NCBI RefSeq assembly: GCF_006345805.1
Contig: NW_021836850.1
Span: 1-36,951 of the forward strand
Length of the DNA: 36,951 nt
Reading direction: 5' to 3'
Source of the DNA: Octopus sinensis
Taxonomy: Eukaryota
Both the position numbers and the translations under genes were made by a program. This document shows positions 1-12,215 of this stretch, one piece after another; the stretch's first letter is position 1, and each line of letters begins with the position of its first letter. The notes under the pieces were generated by a model that made no database searches, had not been told where the DNA came from, and saw only the letters and a list, made by a program, of their open reading frames with translations.

Positions 1-897
1 GGCAGACAGAAACAAATGCAACTGAACAGGGAAAATTTGAGCTGATGCATTTTGGAAGAAATTCCTCACTAAAACAGCCATACTCTCTTCCTTCAGGGGA
101 ACCGCTCACAGCCTCTAACAATATCAGAGACCTGGGCGTAATTGTTGATGACGATCTCAGTTGGAGTGCACACATCAACAATAAGGTCGATACAGCTTGT
201 AGGATGAGTTCCTGGACCTTAAGAACCTTCCGGTCCAGAGAACAAGGTGTCATCATACCACTTTTCTCCTCCTTTGTACGGCCACACCTCGAATACTGCT
301 GCTCACTGTAATCTCCCCATACAAGACAAAGCATCTTGAGGATTGAATCACCCCAGAGAGCACTCACTAAACGAATTGAAGGCATGGCTGCTCTCGATTA
401 TTGGGACCGCCTTAAAGCCTTGAAACTCTACTCTCTCCAGCGTCGCCGTGAGCGGTACATCATTTGCACAATGTGGAGAATGCACCGCCAACTTTGCCCA
501 AACGACCTGAACATTAGCTTCAAGGTTCATCCAAGACTGGGACCACGGGCCATACGTCCCGTGCCCAATTCAGGACCACAGCATATATGTACACTGCAAC
601 ATAATTTCTTTTCCTCAACAGGCCCTGCCCTATTTAACATTGTCCCGAAAAAGATCAAAGAGGAAAGGATCCCATCAACTTTAAACGGAGTCTGATAGAT
701 TCTTCAAGAATACCAGATAAGCCACCCATAATTGGATACAACTCACCAACAAAAACTCACTACTTGAATGGACCACAAACAAAACTTGAACAAAACTTGA
801 CTTAAACAGGATTTAGATAATCTATTAGGTGGGCTATTAAGTTAGACATGGCGTGGACCAATCTTTGTCGAAACAATCTAAGTTTTATCTAAGTTTT
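1..897 (+). mobile_element. CR1/L2-group LINE, 3' fragment (RT C-terminal region, 3' UTR and tail), running off the window start
   Basis: Seen: ORFs 45-311 and 336-695 are one frame broken by TAA at 309-311. They carry typical CR1/L2 ORF2 motifs (IRDLGVIVDDDLSWSAHI, FVRPHLEYC, IESPQRALTKRI, YWDRLKALKLYSLQRRRERY). The element ends in a short tandem tail (ATCTAAGTTTT)x2 at 876-897. Clade assignment is from motif recall. Confidence 0.85.
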
Positions 898-1084
898 TTA
901 TATTTTATATATCTATCTGTGTTGTATGTGTGTATGTTGTGTAGGAAGATGTATATGTATAATATAATATTATATATATACATCATAAATATGCATACAC
1001 ATATATATTTGTATATATATGTATATACATGTATATTATGATACATATATGTACATGTATACTATAATATATATATACATATGT

Positions 1085-1131
<47 letters not shown>

Positions 1132-1757
1132 TATATATATATACATGTATATATGACTGTGTGTATGTATGCATATATATACATATATGTATGTGTATTA
1201 TGTGTGATTTATGTATCATATGCATGTACGTTTTGTATATATCTATTTATACAAACATATATGTATATATATATAATATATATATATACATGCATATATA
1301 TGCACGATGCATGCATCCACACGTACGTATAAGAGTATACACAAATGCAACCATGCTTTGAAACATGCATAAATATATGTGTATAGAAACGTAGGTTTGT
1401 ATTTGTATGTGTATTTATATATATATACACGTGTGCATGCGTTATACACGCATACATGCATATGCGTGAGCGGACATACACACACATACGTGATGCATAA
1501 GTGAGTAGATGTCTTTATGTACATATGTTTGTTTCTCTTATGCTTACAAATATACCTTGCCTCTTACATAAATGAATACATGCATATGTTTATGTACAAT
1601 TATATGTATACACATTATATGTGTATATACATCCATATAAATACGTGCTTGCATGCATATAACGAACACACAGATACATGTACATATATGTAAGTCTGTA
1701 TGTATGAATGTGTGTACATATATATTATACATATGTATATATATATATATATATATG

Positions 1758-1854
<97 letters not shown>

Positions 1855-1870
1855 ATAATATATATATACA
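898..1870. repeat. Compound (TA)n/(TATG)n/(CA)n low-complexity tract
   Basis: Seen directly; long near-pure (TA)n at about 1735-1865. Confidence 0.9.
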
Positions 1871-2324
1871 TGTAAACGTGTGAATGTCTTTAAAAAATTA
1901 ATTATTGACAATGTCAATTTGATTCATTGAGGAATGCAGAGTAGGCGGATGATTCCAGTTCGGTGCTGTTAAAAAGAGATAAATATCACATAGAAAGAAC
2001 GTAGACCGAAAAAGTCTGCACACTTCAGCCAACTTACAGAAGCTTTGTCGATTAGTTCTTGTGCTTAATTACCATTCTTAACAAGTAGGAATTAGTTTGT
2101 CTCAACTACGCTCTTATATCTACACCTAGTCATTAGGTTTAAAAGATCACATCTCTTTTAGATTTAAATCACTGCTACAGAATATTCTAGGCTTGATAAA
2201 GGAAGGCTGGAAAGTTCGTTACTTTCGCAAATAAATGAAAATAAAACAGACCGAAATACTATAATTAATGTTTAGATATTGTTAAACAACTAGGAAAAAT
2301 CATTTGGAAATGAGTGAATGGCGT

Positions 2325-2546
2325 ACATACTACAACATACATACATACTACAACATACATACCATACAACATACATACATACATACATACATACATACAC
2401 AACATACATACTACATACATACATAACATACAAACAACACACACACACATACATACTACATACGTACATACATACATGCATACATACATACATACATACA
2501 TACATACACACACACACATACATACATACATACATACACACATGCA

Positions 2547-2580
<34 letters not shown>

Positions 2581-2610
2581 CATACTTACATTCATACATA
2601 CATACATATA
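2325..2610. repeat. (TACA)n microsatellite
   Basis: Seen directly; source of the YIHT/MYVC ORFs. Confidence 0.9.
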
Positions 2611-3054
2611 CGTAATGTGTGTGGTACGCGTGTGAGTATGCGTGTTTATGACAGAGAGACAGAATGAGACAAAGAGAGATAAAGAGAGAGAGGAGAAAGA
2701 GAGAGAAGTATTTTGAATCCTTTTAGGCGAAGCCCAATAAATAACTCTACATTGGGAAGTCACGTGTTCCGTTTCAAAAAATACTGTGCAGACACATGTT
2801 AAGTTTCTTGAAATAAATCTCTGCACGCACGCACATACAACCCCATCTCTCTCTCTCTCTTTCTCACTCTTTCTCTCCCTCACTCTCTCTCCCCGTCCTT
2901 ACCCTTTCTGTGCGCATGTATGAATGGGTGTGTGGTACGCTTCATAAAGGTAAAAAAAGACACATAAACATCTACGTAAATGGAATGTACATGCATAAAA
3001 TGTAAATATATACCTACACAAACATATACACATGTGTTGGACCGTGTGTATGTT

Positions 3055-3091
3055 TGTATGTATATACATATATATATATATATATGTACAC

Positions 3092-3170
<79 letters not shown>

Positions 3171-3222
3171 ATAATATATATATATATATGATGTATACTG
3201 TATATGCATATACATATATATA
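3055..3222. repeat. (TA)n/(CA)n microsatellite abutting the RTE 5' truncation point
   Basis: Seen directly. Confidence 0.9.
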
Positions 3223-5349
3223 CTCAGAAAGGCAAGAAATAAAACCCAACTGACAGCCAGACGCTGTGCAAAGAGGTATTGGCAGGAAATCTGTCAGAGT
3301 ATCCAGTCAGCTGCTGACAGGGGCGACACCCGTGGGATGTATGCCGGTTTGAAGAAGGCCCTCGGTCCATCCGCAACCAAGTCAGCCCCTCTGAAATCAA
3401 CTACTGGAGATCTCATCAGGGATCAAAGCAAGCAAATGGATAGATGGGTGGAGCACTACCAGAATCTCTACTCACGGGAGTACAGTAGCTGAGGCTGCAA
3501 TCGAGGGTGTCAAGATCTTGCCAGTTGTGTGTGAACTTGACAGTCTACCATCTATAGAAGAGATCACCAAGGCTATTGACTCCCTAGGAAGTAACAAGGC
3601 TCCGGGAAAAGACGGCATCCCCTCAGAGATCCTCAAAGCCGGCAAAAACACCATCCTGCTTCGGCACCTTCATGAGCTTCTGTGTCAGTGCTGGGAAGAG
3701 GGTACAGTCCCTCAGGATATGCGGGATGCTAACATCATTAAGCTTTACAAAAACAAAGGTGACCGTGGTGATTGTAACAATTACCGTGGAATATCTCGTC
3801 TAAGCACTGTTGGAAAGACCTTTGCTCGCGTTATCCTTGCCAGGCTACAAATACTTGCTTCTCGAATCTATCCGGAATCGCAGTGTGGCTTTAGAAGAAG
3901 CAGATTAACTATTGACATGATATTCTCCATACGCCAACTTCAGGAGAAGTCCAGAGAGCAGAAAATGCCATTATATATGGCCTTCATTGATCTGACAAAG
4001 GCCTTTGACTCGGTAAGTAGAAAAGGCCTCTTCATCCTGCTCCAAAAAATCGGATGTCCACCAAAGCTGTTGAGGATTATCAAGTCTTTCCATGATGATA
4101 TGCAAAGTACCATACAGCACAATGGTTCAACATAAGCCGCCTTCCAAATAAAAGACGGGGTAAAGCAAGGTTGTGTCCTCGCTCCTACATTATTTGACAT
4201 CTTCTTCTCGCTGTTGCTGTCACATGCCTTTGAAATATCAGATGATGGAGTGTTTCTGCACAGTAGAAGTGACGGGAAACTGTTCAATCTCTCGCACCTG
4301 CGTGCCAAGACCAAAATCAGAAGCGTCCTGATCAAGGAGATGCTATTTGCTGATGATGCCGCTCTGGTATCACACACAGAAGCCCTCCAAAGGCTCATTA
4401 AATGTTTTGAGCAAGCATGTAACGACTTTGGCTTAGCTATCAGCCTAAAGAAGACGAACATCATGTGTCAGGCTACATCGGACATCCCAAACATACATAT
4501 TGGAGACCACAGATTACTGGACGTAGAGACGTTTACCTATCTTGGCACTACCGTCACCTACAACCTATCCCTTGACGCTGAACTCAATATACGCATTGGC
4601 AAGGCAGCTGCTGCGATGGCCCAACTCTCCAAACGGGCATGGGACAACAATAAGCTGACCAAGACCACGAAAATGAAGATCTACCAGGCATGTGTACTTA
4701 GCACTCTACTGTATGGGAGTGAGACTTGGACGCCATACACACGCCATGAGCGTCACCTAAACATCTTTCACCTGCGCTGCCTCCGGAAAATCCTTCGCAT
4801 CAAATGGCAGAATCATATCCCCAACAAAGATGTCCTCAAGCAAGCAGGAATACCAAGCATGTTTGCACTCCTCAAAGACGTATGAGATGGCTTGGGCATG
4901 TTAGCCGTATGCAAGATGGCAGAATCCCCAAGGACATACTCTACGGAGAGCTTGCTAGGGGTACTAGGTCTGTGGGTAGACCGATCTTACGTTACAGGGA
5001 TGTTTGCAAAAGGGATATGAAGGCCTGCAACATCAATATTAGCAATTGGTAAGCAGTTGCCAGCAACCGTGGAGATTGGCGAGGGAATACAAAGTAGTGA
5101 CAGAGAGAGAGAGAGAGAGGAGAAATGGAAAGACAAGAAAAGACGTCAACAAGAAACTATGACATTACAACCAGCCAGGAACAGTCTTCGCTACATTTGC
5201 GGTACCTGCCAGAGGAAGTGTTTGTCCAGGATAGGACTACATAGCCACAGCAGGAAATGTATCAGGACATGAAATGTAAAAGCCGGACTAGACTATTTTA
5301 TGCGCAACTCCATTGTCTCCCGAGACAAAAAGGATGCCAACCAACCAAC
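3223..5349 (+). mobile_element. 5'-truncated RTE-clade (BovB-like) LINE with disrupted RT ORF
   Basis: Seen: translation starts LRKARNKTQLTARRCAKRYW, then KAPGKDGIP, DCNNYRGISRLS, PESQCGFR, FIDLTKAFDSV, GVKQGCVLAPTLF, FADD (4346-4357), FTYLG, WLGHVSRMQDGRIPKDILYGEL and C-terminal CGTCQRKCLSRIGLHSHSRKC. Short 3' UTR ends in (CCAA)3 at 5337-5348. Disabled by stops (4133-4135, 5050-5052) and frameshifts (about 3480, about 4880). Confidence 0.93.
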
Positions 5350-5374
5350 ATGTATATATACATATATATACATG

Positions 5375-5408
<34 letters not shown>

Positions 5409-5483
5409 TGTATGTATGTATGTATGTATGTATGTATGTATGTATATATGTATGTATATATATATTTATGTATATATATATAT
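5350..5483. repeat. (TATG)n microsatellite, probably the expanded internal repeat of the adjacent SINE
   Basis: Seen directly; origin is inference from SINE architecture. Confidence 0.85.
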
Positions 5484-5672
5484 GTTTGTTATCCCAACAT
5501 CGGTTGACAACCGATGGTGTTGTGTCTACGTTCCCGTAACGTAGAGGTTCGGCGAAAGTGACCGATAGAATAAGTATTAGGCTTACAAAGAATGAATCTT
5601 GGGGTCGATTTGTTCGACTAAAAGGCGGTGCTCCAGCATGGCCGCAGTGAAATGACTGAAGCAAAAAAAAAG
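5484..5672 (+). mobile_element. SINE family 1, 3' half
   Basis: Seen: matches the reverse complement of the 3' half of the 10513-10895 copy (...CGTAACGTAGAGGTTCGGCGAAAGTGACCGATAGAATAAGTA...GGGGTCGATTTGTTCGACTAAAAGGCGGTGCTCCAGCATGGCCGCAG...). Confidence 0.9.
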
Positions 5673-5967
5673 ATGGATATATACATACACACATACAAAT
5701 ATATGCATACATCGTACACTTAGACTTACACACAGGCCTGCGCAAAACCATATAATCATAGACTTATAAAGACATTTGGGCTAAAGAGACCCGGGATATA
5801 TTATAGAAAATACTTGTACATAAACGAATATTGGTGACACATTTCCGTGAAAATTTCCATGAAATTCAAATATAATAATAGGTTGAATGTATTTTTCCGG
5901 TACAAAAAAATATAAAGGGTGAAGTTATAGGGGCTGAAATGCCCGGTAGATCTTTGATCTTTTACCC

Positions 5968-6518
5968 TTTATTTGTTTCAGACTGTGGCCATGATGGGGC
6001 ACCGCCTTGAATTTTTATTCGAATGAATCACCTCAATACTCCATTTTTAAACCTTGTACTTATTCTATCGTACTCTTTTGCCGAAACGCTAAGTTACTGG
6101 GATGCAAACACACCAACCCCGGTTGACAAACAAAGACAAAAATAAACGCTCATAGATACAAACAGGCAGGCAAACAGACAGACAGACAGACATTCAGACA
6201 TACACACAAGCACACAGACTCCCACAGACACAGACACAGACCCCCTCCCCACTAAAGTTTGTGGAAATCATGAAAATGGCTACCATTTGTTTACACTTGC
6301 GCAAAACCTCACGTTTTTCACATACGATGCGCTTATAACTGTTGCCATTATTCAGTAGAAATTTCATGAATTCCAATATATACGACAAGCTTCTTTCGGT
6401 TTCCGTCTACCAAATCCACTCACAAAGCTTTGGTTTGCATGAGTCTGATGTAGAAAACGCTTAACCAAGTTGCCACGCAGTGGGACTGAACCCAGTACTA
6501 TGTTGTTGGGAATCAAGC
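5968..6518 (-). mobile_element. SINE family 1, diverged near-full copy with expanded or interrupted middle
   Basis: Seen: tail module about 5968-6130 and tRNA-like head module about 6385-6518 (TTTCCGTCTACCAAATCCACTCACAAAG...CCACGCAGTGGGACTGAACCC), separated by (GACA)n/(CA)n plus about 140 bp of unrelated sequence. Confidence 0.8.
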
Positions 6519-6646
6519 TTGAAAAACCAGTGAAAAAAATAGAATACTTGCTTCAAAAGTTTCTCTATACTGATTATAAATTTACATTTGTACCCATAAC
6601 TGTTAGTGCACGTGATTATGTTATCAAGTGCATAAATAACCCTGTC

Positions 6647-6747
6647 TACTAAAGAGGCACAAGGCCTGAAATTTGTGGGGAGGGGACTAATCGATTACAT
6701 CGATCCCAATGTTTCACTGGTACTTAATTTATCGACCTCAAAAGAAT
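6647..6747 (-). mobile_element. SINE family 2, 3' fragment
   Basis: Seen: GGCACAAGGCCTGAAATTTGTGGGGAGGGG...TCGATTACATCGATCCC...ACTGGTACTTAATTTATCGACC; homologous to the copies at 28635-29055. Confidence 0.75.
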
Positions 6748-7326
6748 GCCAATTGTATAAATTATACTACTGAAAACGAAAAATCGAGATTTCAGACAAA
6801 GTAAGTTACTAGAAAACCTGACATCTAGTTGTCAATCTAGTTGTTCGCAATCTAGTAAAAAAAAAAATATGTATATATATATATATGCATAACTTCAAAA
6901 TGTCTATATGTTCCTACACAGTTAATGCTATCTAAATACATCCAGTGATTGGGCTTTGTTTCCTAAATAAAAGATTAAAGGAGCATGACTTCTTACATGG
7001 TTACATAAATACATACACGTTGTTCGGGTGCCATGCTTGCAGGCATTGGCAATCAAGATGTTGCTGGGGCGGCAGTGCTGACACAAACTAGTAAGGGTTC
7101 GGAGAATCTGGTCTCATAGTCTTCATTGGGTTTCCCTCCAGTCGGTTTTTCGGTTGTCACTAAGAGAGTAACGCTTTTCTTCTCATATTGCATCCAATAA
7201 ACTGAATCTACTTGTATCTTCTTGTAAATTCAGATTTTATTAAATACATACATACGTACATAACTGCATGCATGTATACATATGTACAAACATGTATACT
7301 TACATACACACACACACACACACACA

Positions 7327-7361
<35 letters not shown>

Positions 7362-7373
7362 GTATACGTTTTA

Positions 7374-7750
7374 TCTTTTACTTATTTCAGTCATCAGCCT
7401 GCGGCCATGCTGAAGGACTTTAGTCGAATGAATCGCCCCCAGTATTTATTCTTTTTGATCCTAGCCTTTTAGCCGAACTGTTAAGTTACAGGGATGTAAA
7501 CACATCAATACCGGTTATCAAGCGGTCGAGAGGGTGGGTACAAACACCGACACAAAGACACACACACACACTTACATACACACTGACACGTACACAACGA
7601 ACTTCTCTCAGTTTCCGTCTACCAAATCTACTCAAAAGGAGTTGGTCGGCCCGAGGCTATAGCAGAAAACATTTGCCCAAGGTGTCACGCAGTGGGACTG
7701 ACTCCGGGACCATCTGCCTGGGAAGTAAGCTTCTTATCACACTGCCGCCT
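7374..7750 (-). mobile_element. SINE family 1, full-length diverged copy
   Basis: Seen: colinear with 10513-10895 from tail (TCTTTTACTTATTTCAGTCA) through the internal (CA)n to the head (GCCCAAGGTGTCACGCAGTGGGACTGA). Confidence 0.9.
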
Positions 7751-8117
7751 ATCCTTCTGGCCGAACTTTTGGATATAGAAATAATAATCGGTAAAATAAA
7801 CACAACACGCCAAGCAACAACCACGTACTACAACAAACAAATACAAACAAACAAAAAAACCAAAACGCTTTGCTGTGATTATGTAAAAAGTAAATTGATT
7901 AGAACTTCGACCTGGTGCTCATTTCCTATTGGACTATTAACAGTTACATCCAACACGTTAGAGTTTGTGGTTGTCGACTTAGGTCTATAAATTGTTTCCG
8001 AAAGCTATTTATTAATATGGAAAATATGATACGTTAAAACTCCACACATGCGAATGAGACATCGTATATATCACTAGATTTATGCAAGTCATAACAGATA
8101 AAATCAACAGATGAACT

Positions 8118-8176
8118 TCGTTCGAAGATGATGCCTAAATGGTAACTTTTACCATTTAGGCATCATCTTCGAACGA
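8118..8176. repeat. Perfect 28-bp inverted repeat with a 3-nt spacer
   Basis: Seen: TCGTTCGAAGATGATGCCTAAATGGTAA (8118-8145), CTT, then its exact reverse complement (8149-8176). Confidence 0.95.
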
Positions 8177-9794
8177 TGCTCACATAAAGTTTTCACAAAT
8201 AGAATATACAACAATACAACAATTTGATGAATCATTCCAATCAAAATTTCACCCGAATAGAAACACGTTAGACCAAACATAGTTATCTGGGACAGAAATA
8301 CGTTGTTGTAGTCCCGTTGTTTTATTTAATGTGAACAATTTACTCAAAAGAGATAAGTTAAAGACATCTTTTTTTTCCTTGCTCAGAAAACTTCTAATCT
8401 TAATTATACAGTTGCATAACGGCCTATATTTGTTGAAGAAGTCCGCCATTTCATAAAATGTTTAAGTGTTCGAGAGAGAAAAATAGCACAAAAGATAAAC
8501 AAAACACTCAGACATACGCGTGCACACACACACACACTTGCGCGCGCGCGCAGATGTTCTGCAAATATGGATGTGTCAAAAATACGATGTAGCTACTTTG
8601 TTTCACAGTAGGCTAACTAGAGTGAATACCCTATACTTCAAATTATCCAGAGAAGCTGTGTAGCAAACGAGTAAATGAATGCATTAAATCATGTTGTTAA
8701 CACAAGTGCTGTTATGCAACTTAGACTGTCTATCTATAAGCTACTAATCTGCCTGTGGGTAGAAGTTGGATAAACATTCTCCAATGAAAGTTGTAACAAA
8801 ACCAGAAAATAAACACATCGATCACTTTTTATTCATAGCGAGGCTAAAATGCATGTTTAATAAAACTATTTATTTCACGTTTCAAATATCGTAAAGTTTG
8901 TATACGTAGGCAAAACGGACAAACTAATACACAATCTGCGGAAGAAAATAACAAGTAGTGATACTAGTGGATCCAGAGTTTATGGTCACCATACATACAC
9001 AAACACACACACACACACATATATGTGTGTGTATAGTTATGTATGGTGTGTGTATATATATGTCTATATATTTGTATATATATATATGTATATGTGTGTG
9101 TGCATATATATATGTGCATATATATATATATATATATATATGCAAATATATAGACATATATAAATGCACACATACATATATACACGCATGTATGTACGTA
9201 CATATATATGTATGCGTATAATCCTGGTGTGTGTGGATGAAGAATGGCAAAAATACTCCACAAAAACAAAAATAATAATAATAAATAAATGGAAAACTAC
9301 TTATGCACGGAGTATTAAAAAAGTAGATAAGATAAAAGACAACGTTTACCATATTGATATGCTGTCTATGATCAGAAAACGCTCATTGACAGCATATGTT
9401 ACGCACAGACACTCAGAACAGGCCATAATTTCACCAAATATATTCAATCATACACACGCGCACACACACAGACACACACTCACACTCACACACGTATGTG
9501 CACATGCACGCACATCACATCCACATACATGCATATACACGTTTATTCACGATTGCACGCACATAAACTCCAACATAGATTCTCAAATTCACATAAATAC
9601 ACGCAAACACACATACATATGCATTTATTGAACACTTACGTACAGAAAGCACTTTAACACGAATGCATAGAAGAACACATTCACAGAGACACGAATACAT
9701 ACATAGACAAACACATGTACATGCATTCGTATTCGTATTCATACACACACATAGGCATAGAAATAAACACGCACATATATATAGAGAAACAAAA

Positions 9795-9960
9795 CTATGG
9801 AAAACGCTGGTGCCGAATTGACAGAAGCATCAAAGAGCCAGACAAAATGTATTGCTGTGTTTATTCTGCTGCCTTACGTTCTGAGTTCAGTTCTTGCTAC
9901 CTTCCAGTGGCGATAAATAATGTACCAGTCTGTGACTGTGGGTCGGTGATATTGTTAGCC
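9795..9960 (+). mobile_element. SINE family 2, heavily diverged copy
   Basis: Seen: TTACGTTCTGAGTTCA core and GATAAATAATGTACCAG...GGGTCG match the reverse complement of 28635-28960. Confidence 0.55.
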
Positions 9961-10166
9961 TGATGCGTTGGCTTGCGGTATTTCTTGTAGCTGTTGGCAT
10001 TCCGACTTCAAGTTCATACTGAACTAATGCAAGTAGGACGTAGTAGATTTACTTAGAAAGCAAAGAGTAACTACATGCGCTGTAAGAGCCGAACATTGTC
10101 GTCCTCATGCCTGACATAGAACTACAGACTCTCGGATTTTAGCCCTACCTATTATATGCTCACCCT

Positions 10167-10410
10167 CTTTACTCTTTTTACTCTTTTACTTGTTTCAGTC
10201 ATTTGACTTTGGCCATGCTGGAGCACCGGCTTTAGTCGAGCAAATCGACCCCAGGTCTTATTCTTTGTAAGCCTTTGTAATCTACTCGCAAGGCTTTGAT
10301 CGGCCCGTGGCTATAGTAGAAGACACTAGCCCAAGGTGCCACGCAGTTGGACTGAACCCAGGACCATGTTGTTGATGAGCAATCTACTTACCACACAACC
10401 ACTCCTGCGC
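10167..10410 (-). mobile_element. SINE family 1 with internal deletion
   Basis: Seen: tail with repeated (T)ACTCTTTT units, then a direct jump from ...GTAAGCCT to the head module (AATCTACTCGCAAGG...GCCCAAGGTGCCACGCAGTTGGACTGAACCC...ACCACTCC). Confidence 0.9.
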
Positions 10411-10512
10411 CTATGTAGCTTTCACAAGGCACCGCCATATATAGTCAGTGTGTTTTTGTTGTTTGTTAATGCAGAGTGGCTTTGGAATACGAGACTTCCT
10501 TTTTTTCAAGCG

Positions 10513-10895
10513 TACTCTTTTACTTGTTTTCAGTCATTTGACTGCGGCCATGCTGGAGTACCACCTTTAGTCGAGCAAATCGACTCCAGGACTTATTATT
10601 TGTAAGCCTAGTACTTATTCTATCGGTCTCTTTTGCCAAACCACTAAGTTACGGGGCCTAAATACACCAGCATCGGTTGTCAAGCGATGTTGGAGGGGGG
10701 GGGGCAAACAGAGACACACAAACACGCATATACATATATGACGGGCTTCTTTCAGTTTCCGTCTACCAAATCCACTCACAAGACTTTGGTCGGCTCGATG
10801 CTATAGCAGAAGACACTTGCCTAAGGTGCCACGCAGTGGGACTGAACCCAGAACCATGTGGTTGGGAGGCAAGGTACTCACCACACAGTTACTCC
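10513..10895 (-). mobile_element. SINE family 1, best full-length copy (tRNA-derived head, CORE-like motif, internal microsatellite)
   Basis: Seen on the minus strand: head GGAGTAACTGTGTGGTGAG...GGTTCAGTCCC (A-/B-box-like), CCTTAGGCAAGTG (CORE-like), internal (TA/TG) tract and G/C run, 3' end GTAAAAGAGTA. Multi-copy within the window. Confidence 0.92.
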
Positions 10896-11079
10896 TTCGT
10901 ATTGTAAAATATTTAGGCACGGCTACCCTTTATGCAATTAAACAATCGTTTGTCACCTTCTTCATAGAATATAATTGAGTTGCACATACACATATAGACA
11001 CTCACACAAGCATAAAAATTACCAGACATGCACGTATAAATGCATGCATCTAGTCTTACATACATATATGTGTATATAT

Positions 11080-11130
<51 letters not shown>

Positions 11131-11689
11131 AGAGTGAGATGTGCGCACACATATATTCATGTAAACACGCACACACATATTCACGGAAGATGGTTAATAA
11201 GTCATATACGTACTCCACAATGTACGTCATAATTATTGTTAGCAAAGTACTTTTCAGAATAATAGTTCAATAAATATTGATACATATATTGCGAATTATT
11301 GGAAGATACCAGAAATGACTATAGTGGGTGACAAATAGACGAGAAAGGTTTCTTCTGCTACATGTAAAGGCAATATCCGCCATTGGTCAAAGTGGCCACT
11401 GTCCCACCATAGAACGTTCTGTTTCAAGAACTGTATCGTTCATCAGGCGGTGTAATAGTGACAGTATTCATATGACCAGCCGATAGATGGCGTTGAACAT
11501 ATAACTGCACAGAACGGAGAGCAGCACCGAAAAATTGACACTTTTATACCCAAACAGAGGAAACTAAATACACAAACTCACAAACATGTATAGATTATCT
11601 GTTATTAACTGTAAACATTCCTGATGTAAATAAGAACTTTCAAACACTATTTTATACTATATGCTCCTCAGTATACACAAGCATTTACA

Positions 11690-12136
11690 CACACACACAA
11701 TTATATAAGTATTGATATATATTCATAAATAAACATGTAAATTAATGTAAGAAAATCAAATGTTCACTTACACAGAAACATTTCTAAATAAAGTCACATT
11801 TACACGCACACATCTGAACACATATTTATACTCAGACATACGCGTACACACACGCACATACACACTTGTACACACAGATACACACTCATATATGTGTATA
11901 CTTGTACGCGTACATAGAGTGATGTACATAAATACACAGATACATACATGCATACATATATACATACATACATGCATGTATATACACATATACACGCACA
12001 CACCACACAAAGACACATATATGTACATGTGTATATACACACACATATATATATATCCTACCACACACACATATGTGCAGATATATTTATATATACATAC
12101 ATATATATATATATATATAATACACAAATATATATA

Positions 12137-12171
<35 letters not shown>

Positions 12172-12183
12172 TATTATATATAG

Positions 12184-12215
<32 letters not shown>

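Noticed and set aside
1925-2300. Possible minus-strand LINE C-terminus (NWNHPP, cf. WNxLP)
   Set aside because: Only one short motif; all frames are full of stops and no second motif supports it.
7020-7200. Possible RTE C-terminal remnant on the minus strand (QPK..GKP-like)
   Set aside because: Needs several assumed frameshifts; too weak to call.
10513-10895. tRNA genes at SINE heads
   Set aside because: A/B-box-like motifs are present but no complete cloverleaf; they continue into SINE bodies.
11290-11580. Possible mariner/MITE relic (ATAGATGGCG at 11483-11492)
   Set aside because: No terminal inverted repeats or transposase trace found; rests on one short remembered motif.
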